From: Candidatus Heimdallarchaeota archaeon
GTDB taxonomy: Archaea > Asgardarchaeota > Heimdallarchaeia > Heimdallarchaeales > Heimdallarchaeaceae
Assembly (NCBI GenBank): GCA_030668875.1
Contig: DAOVER010000034.1
Location: 1-30,744, forward strand
Direction of reading: 5' to 3'
Length of the DNA stretch: 30,744 nt
Shown here: positions 23,415 through 30,744 of the stretch, piece after piece
How the letters are laid out: the number at the start of each line of letters is the position of its first letter
Numbering within the stretch: the stretch's first letter is position 1
Notes under the pieces: model-generated
What the model was told of the DNA's origin: nothing
Databases searched by the model: none
The model's input: only the letters and a program-made list of their open reading frames with translations
Made by a program: the position numbers and the translations under genes

Positions 23415-25276
23415 TGAAGAACATAAAAATATACACTGTATCTATTATTTTATTGGTCTTATTCAGTTCAAGTAATTTGTCAATTATTGAAAAAACAAAT
23501 ATCGTTATTGCAGGAAGTTCAAGTTCAGGAGATCTTCCACCCCCAAGTGGCCCTGGTGGCGATACAAGTGGGGGAGGAGCTACCGGAGGATTGTATCTAA
23601 ACTATAGAATCCCACTAATATTCCGCTCTGGTCCCTATGGCCCTTCTTTAATTGCTATTAATTCTCTACAGAATGAGACGTTGATTATCTTCGATTTCAA
23701 CACCACAATATTTCCAGACTACACTGCTGTGATAAATGTAGGGGAAACTTTGATTCTAGATCCTTCAGAAATACTGGAACTCAGGAATGGTACACTCATT
23801 CAAGCTTTTACTCCACTTCAGATTACTGTTTTTCATCAATCTAATTCACCTGGATTCGATGACACATATTCTTACTCACCTCTAGTGATGCAAATGTGGG
23901 GTAGAATTTACCAATCAGTTTACGATAACATGCATGCTATCATTGTAGCAGGGTATAATAACACGGAAATTGAGATTAGAACCCCCGGAGAAGAAACTGA
24001 ATATATTGATATTCCTTTAATTGGCCAAACTACAGATATCACTGTTTCTAAAGACACTATTATAGAAGCAAATGGTCCAATTGGAGTAGTTTTTTACTCT
24101 TTATCTAGTACAACTGGTTCTTTTACTTTTACAGGCATACCACGCTTTCTCTGGGGTACTGAATACTTCATCTACAGTAGACCACCAACCGACACCATAC
24201 CTCTACTTGAAGGTGACATGGAACTTTCAGCATCAGCTGTAGGGTTAGGAGAGAATGTACATGCAATAACAAATCTCTATGTCGATCATCTTGTTGATAT
24301 TCCAGATAATGGTTCAGTTTTAGTTCCAAATAGTAATCTAGATCCCGGAGAATATTATCACCATTTTGAAAGTCTTGCCACCGATTTTTCGATTACAGCT
24401 TTGTATAATTATGTATATAATGGGACAGCTCACAAATCAGCTGTTGGATATATTTCGGACGATAATATGAAATATTCAGAATTATTCTACACAAGATTCG
24501 CTTATAATAATAGTGAACTAAAAGCTGTTATCTTAACAGATGCAACACCAGTGATACCTTTCTTTATTCTTGGAATGGATGTATACGCTGACATAGAAAA
24601 TTATGCCGAACTAAACAAAGGGGATTACTTCTCGTATAGCGGACATGAGTATTTAGGTATTTTGGGGAACGGATCAATTTATTCTTTTGTAGAAACTTCC
24701 ACACCCGAATCAACCAACTGGAATAGTTCCACAAATATCCTTTATCCTCTTAATTTATTCTCAGAGAAGTATAGTACATCAATCTCCTTTCCCTCTTGGT
24801 ACAGATTCCCCAATATTAACGTAGAAGAAGTTTTAATTAGTCCAACAACACCTACTGAATTTCGCAGACTACAACTAGATATTTTTGTTCAAAACAACGG
24901 TTCAATTCCTTCAGCACCTTTTTGGGTAACAGTTTATGTTAATGATTCGTTGAAAATCAACACAAGACTGGATGGTATTGATATTAATCAGAGCATACCA
25001 GTAATTTATGAAGAATTCCAAAGCTTTGGTTTAAAAATTCTAAATGTTTCAATATTCACGGATTCTCAAAACCAAATATTCGAACTCGCAGAATTTGATA
25101 ACTCACTTCAATTCTTTATTGAAATTAAACGTAATTGGAATATAATTTATACAGGGATTGCTATCGCTGTAGCAGTTGTAGGGTTTGTCGCATACATTGT
25201 TACAAGAAAGATAATGAAACAACGTAAAAAGAACAAATCTCGATTCGATGTTATTCTTAGTGATATTGAGGTCTGA
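23414..25276 (+). CDS. Cell-surface protein: IgGFc-binding-like domain, CARDB Ig-like domain and C-terminal TM anchor
   Basis: Signal peptide; IEANGPIGVV..IPRFLWGTEY (IgGFc_binding-like); VQNNGS..SAPFWVTVYVN..DSQNQIFELAEFDN (CARDB-like); TM plus basic tail; TAATG overlap. Confidence 0.8.
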   Translation: MKNIKIYTVSIILLVLFSSSNLSIIEKTNIVIAGSSSSGDLPPPSGPGGDTSGGGATGGLYLNYRIPLIFRSGPYGPSLIAINSLQNETLIIFDFNTTIFPDYTAVINVGETLILDPSEILELRNGTLIQAFTPLQITVFHQSNSPGFDDTYSYSPLVMQMWGRIYQSVYDNMHAIIVAGYNNTEIEIRTPGEETEYIDIPLIGQTTDITVSKDTIIEANGPIGVVFYSLSSTTGSFTFTGIPRFLWGTEYFIYSRPPTDTIPLLEGDMELSASAVGLGENVHAITNLYVDHLVDIPDNGSVLVPNSNLDPGEYYHHFESLATDFSITALYNYVYNGTAHKSAVGYISDDNMKYSELFYTRFAYNNSELKAVILTDATPVIPFFILGMDVYADIENYAELNKGDYFSYSGHEYLGILGNGSIYSFVETSTPESTNWNSSTNILYPLNLFSEKYSTSISFPSWYRFPNINVEEVLISPTTPTEFRRLQLDIFVQNNGSIPSAPFWVTVYVNDSLKINTRLDGIDINQSIPVIYEEFQSFGLKILNVSIFTDSQNQIFELAEFDNSLQFFIEIKRNWNIIYTGIAIAVAVVGFVAYIVTRKIMKQRKKNKSRFDVILSDIEV

Positions 25277-25281
25277 AAATA

Positions 25282-27495
25282 ATGGCTACCAATCTAGAAG
25301 ATGATCAAATTAAGAAGCAGAAAGAAAACGAAGAAGAGTTTACACCTCTGAGCGTGTTATTAACTAGAGATTTAATTTTCATGGATTGGACAATTCAGTT
25401 CGGGGGACAGATATTAGGATTAATACTTGGTTTAATCTTAGGTTTTCTAGTTGGAGGAGATGTGTTAGCAATGTTTGGCATTGGTGACTCTGATACCATT
25501 GACTTGTCAGTTTACCTTGCGTTACAGATAGGAACAATACTTGCAGTTTTAGTATTAAGCACTTATTATATTCAGAAGATGGGTATTAAAATCAATTCTC
25601 CAAAGAAAACTGCGCGAAATGTATCAAATATCACAAAAACATCTTTCTTTGGTCTGTCTTTCATCTTTGCTATAGCGTATCTCTATAATTCAGTACTAGT
25701 ACCATCGGTTCACAGAATTGCCGGAATAATAGCTGAACCAGGAACTGGAGAACCACCATCAGAACCCCCTGGTCTTTATGTTGATATCAGAACAACAAAC
25801 CAGTATATTCTCCTTCTAATAACAATCATGTTGGCGGTAGCGGTTTTTGCTCTACTTTATGCTGGGATAATATATTCAATCAACAAGAAAGTAAATACAA
25901 AAGCGGGTGTTGCAATAGGTACCTCAACTATACTATTAACCTTCTTTCTTCTTTCTCAAGGTTCCTTTCAATCATATTTTTTTGAAGCGTTCACATCGAG
26001 CTCCTATTCCTTATTGCTAGTCTTCTTGACAGATATGTTTTATTATCTTCTAGTATCATTTATTACAATTCTAGCGTATCATTTAAGCCGACGGATTGAA
26101 TTGTCGATATTAATTCTATTTATCGGATATACATTTGGTTATGGTGCCCCTTCAAACGTAATCCTACAAATAATTGCATTAAAATGGGGTTTTCCAAATT
26201 CCTCAGATGGCATCACTACAACTGCAGACATTTTAGCTAATACAGTTAAGGGAATCCAATATGCAGGTATATTTGGTATCTTCTTGTATCCTTTCATCTT
26301 CTATAAAGATACAATTGAGTTTTTCAAACAATTCTGGGTTACTTTGAAGAAACAAGGGTTTGCGTTACTTATATTTACTGTAGTGATTTTCATTATAGAA
26401 TTAGTGATTCAATTTTTGTTTGGTTTTTTAGGCATTTTCATTTCTTTTATTATTTTCATAGGTCTCGTTTTACTAGTCAACATGTTTATTTCTAGAAAAT
26501 ATGGAAAGCATAGCTATACTGGTTTAATGAAACAAATGACATTGAAAACTCTTCAAATGAGTGATCCAATTATCCCGAATCTAAAAAATCAGACGAGGTT
26601 TTTAGATCGTAATACAAAGAGACGAGATGTAACTTCAATAATCCTAGGAACTACGATCCCTGTAGCTATTTATTTTCTAGTAATGTATATAACAACCGCA
26701 ATTACAAGTACAACCCAATTAGGCACATCAATTTTCTTATTCACCGCTGTCCCAATTTCTATTGCTGTAATGTCATTTGCTACCATATTTTATTTCTTAA
26801 GAGATCCTCTAATCAAAGGATATTTCAGTTACCCAATCAAACTATTTCTTCTCGTAGGAAGCATTTTCTATTTCTTCTACGTTTATGATGCTTTAGTCTA
26901 CAACTCGTTAGGATTTTATCCATTAATCGCTATTGCATATATTCCTTTTATTATACTGCCTATAGTTAGAAAAGAGAAAATTGGAACATTGCTTCTGGCG
27001 ATTGCTGGAGAAAACAAGCAGAAAGTTTTGAAGAAATTGTTAATTAGAAAAGAGGTAAATTTTGATATCTTAGAAGAGACTTATTATAAATCTCCAACTA
27101 CTCTCAAAAACTGGCTAGCTTTGCTTTTGACAAAGAAAGGTGAGAGAGAGTCCACATTAAAGAATCTTGAAACTTCTTTAACAAGCAGTTTTCCGTTGGA
27201 ACGAGCTACTGCAGCTTTGTGCTTCCTTTACCTGAATGAAGAAAATATTTTAGAAAGAATCATCATTCTTTTGGAAAATGATTTAGATCCAAGAGTAAGA
27301 AATGCAATAGCATATGGTTTACGGTATACTGAAGATATCCACGAAGAATTATACAAAAGAGTAATTGATTCACAACACTACGAGGATGATGCTCAAGTAC
27401 TGCAAACACTGAAAGAAACTATTTCCATACTTGATCAAGCTTTTTCCTTAAAGCTAGAAGAGGAGGAAGAGGAAATAGGTTTGGAAGAAATTTAA
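25282..27495 (+). CDS. Large polytopic membrane protein with C-terminal HEAT-like repeats
   Basis: About 14 hydrophobic segments; C-terminal PLERATAALCF..DPRVRNAIAYGL HEAT pattern; acidic tail. Confidence 0.82.
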   Translation: MATNLEDDQIKKQKENEEEFTPLSVLLTRDLIFMDWTIQFGGQILGLILGLILGFLVGGDVLAMFGIGDSDTIDLSVYLALQIGTILAVLVLSTYYIQKMGIKINSPKKTARNVSNITKTSFFGLSFIFAIAYLYNSVLVPSVHRIAGIIAEPGTGEPPSEPPGLYVDIRTTNQYILLLITIMLAVAVFALLYAGIIYSINKKVNTKAGVAIGTSTILLTFFLLSQGSFQSYFFEAFTSSSYSLLLVFLTDMFYYLLVSFITILAYHLSRRIELSILILFIGYTFGYGAPSNVILQIIALKWGFPNSSDGITTTADILANTVKGIQYAGIFGIFLYPFIFYKDTIEFFKQFWVTLKKQGFALLIFTVVIFIIELVIQFLFGFLGIFISFIIFIGLVLLVNMFISRKYGKHSYTGLMKQMTLKTLQMSDPIIPNLKNQTRFLDRNTKRRDVTSIILGTTIPVAIYFLVMYITTAITSTTQLGTSIFLFTAVPISIAVMSFATIFYFLRDPLIKGYFSYPIKLFLLVGSIFYFFYVYDALVYNSLGFYPLIAIAYIPFIILPIVRKEKIGTLLLAIAGENKQKVLKKLLIRKEVNFDILEETYYKSPTTLKNWLALLLTKKGERESTLKNLETSLTSSFPLERATAALCFLYLNEENILERIIILLENDLDPRVRNAIAYGLRYTEDIHEELYKRVIDSQHYEDDAQVLQTLKETISILDQAFSLKLEEEEEEIGLEEI

Positions 27496-27591
27496 TAGTG
27501 ATTTTCACAGACGTGGAGTCTTTTCTTTACTAATTCCATATTTCCTTTGTTTCAGAGAATTGCTTATAAATCAGTGAATAAAGCTGATATT

Positions 27592-28458
27592 ATGAAGATT
27601 AGATTTGTAACAGATAGTGGTTCTGATATCGATTTAGACTATGCTGATAAAATTGGTGTCAAGGTTGTTCCTTTAAGTGTGACATTCAGTGACGCTGATG
27701 ATGTTGATCATTTTGAAGATAAGAATTTTGATGTAAAAGCATACTACAATAAATATAAAATCGATAACGATTTCTTTGCAAAAACTGCACAACCTAATCC
27801 AGGTGCATTCTTTAAAACTTATCAGGAACTAGTTGATAAGGGGGCTCAAGAAATCATTGTTGTTACTTTGAGTTCAAGTTTAAGTGCAACAATTAACAGC
27901 GCCCGCTTAGGTGCCAATATGCTCAAAAAGAAAAATGATGCGATAAAAATTCATCTTGTTGACGCACTTAATGCTTCTTACTCTGAAGTTTTCTTAGTGG
28001 AGGAAGGAATCAGATTGAGAGATGAAGGGAAGTCTGGAGACGAGATTGCTAACCTATTAAGAGACCATACAAAGAATATTAAGACATACATACTCTTACC
28101 ATCGTTGAAATATTTGCGTAAAAGTGGAAGAATATCTGTAGCCAAATATATCCTTGGTAGACTATTGAAGAAAAGACCAATAACTGTTGTTAATAGTGAA
28201 GGTAAAAATGAAGTAGCTGCCACAGTAACAGAGACAGATGAGGGAATTCACAAGATTATTGAACTAACCACAGAAAATTTCAGGAGATTCCCAAAACAAG
28301 TGACTATTATTCACGGTAATAATCCTGAGAGAGCTAGTCTTATGGAAAAAGCAGTTAAAAAATATATTAAAGATGTTATAATAAACATAAAGTGTACAGG
28401 AGTTACTATTTCTGCACACACTGGACCAGATGTAGTCGCTTTAATTTCTGAATTCTAA
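27592..28458 (+). CDS. degV: DegV/FakB family fatty acid-binding protein
   Basis: KIRFVTDSGSDI, KTAQPNPG, LSSSLSAT.NSA, L..LRKSGRI, ISAHTGP. Start ATG 27592 (the track starts at TTG 27547). Confidence 0.92.
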   Translation: MKIRFVTDSGSDIDLDYADKIGVKVVPLSVTFSDADDVDHFEDKNFDVKAYYNKYKIDNDFFAKTAQPNPGAFFKTYQELVDKGAQEIIVVTLSSSLSATINSARLGANMLKKKNDAIKIHLVDALNASYSEVFLVEEGIRLRDEGKSGDEIANLLRDHTKNIKTYILLPSLKYLRKSGRISVAKYILGRLLKKRPITVVNSEGKNEVAATVTETDEGIHKIIELTTENFRRFPKQVTIIHGNNPERASLMEKAVKKYIKDVIINIKCTGVTISAHTGPDVVALISEF

Positions 28459-28461
28459 AAA

Positions 28462-29145
28462 CTATTTTAGAATTATCCTAGCATCTACAGGAAAGATTCC
28501 ATCTTCATTAGCTATAATTGGATTAATATCCATTTCAGCTATGAAGTCTCTATTTTCCCAAGCTAATTGAGAAATTTTGACTAGTAAATCAGATAACTGA
28601 TCTTTGTTAACTTTTGGTTGGCCTCTAAATCCCTCAAGTAGGATTTTTGCTTTTATCTCTTCGATTGCGCCTAGAGCTTGTTCTTTTGTAACGGGACACA
28701 TTCTAAAAACAACATCTTTTATAGCTTCTACAAGCACACCTCCTACACCAAAGAGGATTACAGGACCAAAAGTTGAATCAGTACTTGTACCAATGATCAG
28801 TTCAAGTCCTTTCTTAACCATTTTTTCAACAAGAACACCAGCAATTTCAACATTGTCAAACCGCCTCATAAAATCACTGTAAGTTTCTTTAACTGCTTGT
28901 TCATTTGATAATCCTATTACAACGGCACCAGAATCAGTTTTGTGCATAACATCCTTGGACATAAGTTTTAACACAACTGGAAAGCCAAATTCTTTTGCAG
29001 ATTCAATAGCTTCTACTTCTCTCAAAACTAGTTTTGATGGAGGGATAAGAATGTTCATGTTTTGTAAAACTTGTTTAGCTTCATGTTCTAATAACCAGCT
29101 TCTATTTTCTTGCTTTGTTTTTTCAAATAATTCTCTATTATTCAT
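28462..29145 (-). CDS. acdB: ADP-forming acetate/acyl-CoA ligase, beta (ATP-grasp) subunit
   Basis: LLEHEAKQVL, GFPVVLK...HKTD.GAV, GVLVEKM, FGPVILFGVGG, EMDINP. GGAGG SD in the acdA end. Confidence 0.93.
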   Translation of the reverse strand: MNNRELFEKTKQENRSWLLEHEAKQVLQNMNILIPPSKLVLREVEAIESAKEFGFPVVLKLMSKDVMHKTDSGAVVIGLSNEQAVKETYSDFMRRFDNVEIAGVLVEKMVKKGLELIIGTSTDSTFGPVILFGVGGVLVEAIKDVVFRMCPVTKEQALGAIEEIKAKILLEGFRGQPKVNKDQLSDLLVKISQLAWENRDFIAEMDINPIIANEDGIFPVDARIILK

Positions 29146-29147
29146 TA

Positions 29148-30578
29148 TTAATCCTCCACATGTATTGATTTTGGATCTACTCCATGTTTTCTGAGATATT
29201 TCGTATAATTAGTAAGTATTCCAAGTGCTCTAACTGCTCTTCCAGGACTTGGAAATACAGGTATATCTTCAGCTAGTAATTTATTTGTAGCTTTAGTTCC
29301 TTCTTCACCTCCAATCATGGCAGTAACAAAGGGTTTTTTCTTCTTATGCGCAAACTCACTTGTATATTTAACATAATCATCAATATCTAAATCGGGTATA
29401 CAAGGAATATTTAGATTTACTATGGCATCTACATTTGGATCATTGTAAACTGCTTCAAATGCATCGCGATAATCTTCAGCAGTAGCACTTCCTGTGAGAT
29501 CAATAGGGTTACCAGTAGAATAGAAAATTGGAAAGGTTTCATCGAGTTTTTTCTGAACATCAGGTGAGAATTCTGCTAATTTCAAATTACAATCTGAAAC
29601 CATGTCGGATGCCATAACACCCGCGCCACCACCATCTGTGATAATTGCAATTCTGTCACCTAGAGGAAGTGGTTGGGTACCAAAAGCCAAAACACAATCC
29701 GCTAATTCATCCCAGGTAATTACACGAAGGATCCCAGCTTCATTCAAAAGATCATCAACTATTGCATCGTTTGATGATAAAGCAGCTGTATGAGATGCTC
29801 CTGCTTTAGCTCCTGTTTCAGTTCGATTTGCTTTTATTCCCAGTATTGGTTTTTTCAAAGAAATTTTTCTTGCTATTTCCATGAATTTCCTACCGTCCTT
29901 GAAGTCTTCTAAATAAATGATAATCATTTTTGTGTCAGGATCCTCCCCAATATATTCTAAAGAATCTGTTTCATTGATATCACTAGCATTTCCATATGAT
30001 ACAAATTTGGAAACCCACTGACCAGACCCCAAACCTGAGAGTTGATCAATGAAGGCTGCACCGAATGCACCACTTTGTGTAAATATAGAAACGGGGCCAC
30101 TTTTTGGACGCTTTAATTTTGAATCAGGTAAGAACATTGTATCAATCCCAAGAGCAGGAGAATAAATACCAAGACAATTAGGACCAATCACATTGAGATT
30201 ATACTTTTTCATTATTTCATACATCTGATTCTGTAAAACAATTCCTTCCTCTCCAATTTCACTAAAGCCACCTGTTGTAACAATAATATTTTTGATGCCT
30301 TTTTCTCCACATTGCTCTAATGCTTGTGGAGCATATTTGGCAGGAACTATTATGCAAGCTGCATCAATTTCCCCTTCAACATCTAAAACAGATGGATATA
30401 ATTTATTTCCATACAACTCTCCTCCTCTAGGATTAACCAGGTAGGTTTTTCCTGGGAAGGAATTAATAAAATTGTATGCTACTACATTTCCAGGTTTATT
30501 GGGTGTTGTGGATGCTCCCACAACACAGAAGGATTTTACATTGAAGAAATTCTCAAGTCTTGCAGTCATTATTATCAT
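29148..30578 (-). CDS. acdA: ADP-forming acetate/acyl-CoA ligase, alpha subunit
   Basis: VVGAS..P.KPG, GGFSE, IGPNCLG, SQSG-like TQSGA, active-site ASHT, NPIDL. ATG 30569 is an alternative start. Confidence 0.94.
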   Translation of the reverse strand: MIIMTARLENFFNVKSFCVVGASTTPNKPGNVVAYNFINSFPGKTYLVNPRGGELYGNKLYPSVLDVEGEIDAACIIVPAKYAPQALEQCGEKGIKNIIVTTGGFSEIGEEGIVLQNQMYEIMKKYNLNVIGPNCLGIYSPALGIDTMFLPDSKLKRPKSGPVSIFTQSGAFGAAFIDQLSGLGSGQWVSKFVSYGNASDINETDSLEYIGEDPDTKMIIIYLEDFKDGRKFMEIARKISLKKPILGIKANRTETGAKAGASHTAALSSNDAIVDDLLNEAGILRVITWDELADCVLAFGTQPLPLGDRIAIITDGGGAGVMASDMVSDCNLKLAEFSPDVQKKLDETFPIFYSTGNPIDLTGSATAEDYRDAFEAVYNDPNVDAIVNLNIPCIPDLDIDDYVKYTSEFAHKKKKPFVTAMIGGEEGTKATNKLLAEDIPVFPSPGRAVRALGILTNYTKYLRKHGVDPKSIHVED

Positions 30579-30744
30579 TGGTCATTGTGTGGAAAGTAAT
30601 AAAAATATTTGCAATAATGCTCAAAAAATGTTCTTAAAAACAACTTTCTAGTTTCCAAACAATTAAATAATTATATGTTAAATAATGATTCATGGCTAGA
30701 AATAGGTTATTATTTGATTTATTAGGAATAATCCTAGGTTTTGG

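Noticed and set aside
377-29793. Remaining short (60-181 aa) ORF-track entries nested antisense or out of frame within longer genes
   Set aside because: Each lies inside a well-supported CDS and shows no motif, SD or independent spacer.
1-30744. Mobile elements, integrases, tRNA-associated att site or selenocysteine/pyrrolysine recoding
   Set aside because: No transposase or integrase motifs, terminal inverted repeats or duplicated tRNA 3' end were seen; all major ORFs are complete without read-through.

Overview
AT-rich archaeal window. The archaeal call rests on an intron-containing tRNA-Tyr with C1:G72 and a short variable loop, a PAC2 proteasome chaperone, an ADP-forming acyl-CoA synthetase and GGAGG/GGTGA ribosome sites; an Asgard/Heimdallarchaeia-like origin is only an inference from protein style. 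From left to right: (1) redox genes (truncated 4Fe-4S subunit missed by the ORF track, tungsten AOR-family oxidoreductase, F420-dependent DDN-type reductase, superoxide reductase); (2) tRNA-Tyr(GTA) with a 47-nt intron; (3) a minus-strand three-gene cluster, which is the most striking element: a DUF2207-like single-pass membrane protein ending in G7-(Cys-Ala)6-GGGR, translationally coupled to a PqqD/RRE-radical SAM-SPASM enzyme, followed by a SAM methyltransferase. It looks like a RiPP-type modification system whose precursor peptide is the cytoplasmic tail of a large membrane protein. (4) HEAT, longin/uDENN-like, fused POR gamma-delta, PAC2 and MFS genes; (5) two regulators and a 10.5-kb seven-gene MoxR AAA+/DUF58 operon of unfamiliar membrane and surface proteins; (6) DegV and ADP-forming acyl-CoA synthetase beta/alpha. 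No CRISPR array, rRNA or mobile element is evident. All family assignments come from motif recognition by eye, not database searches.
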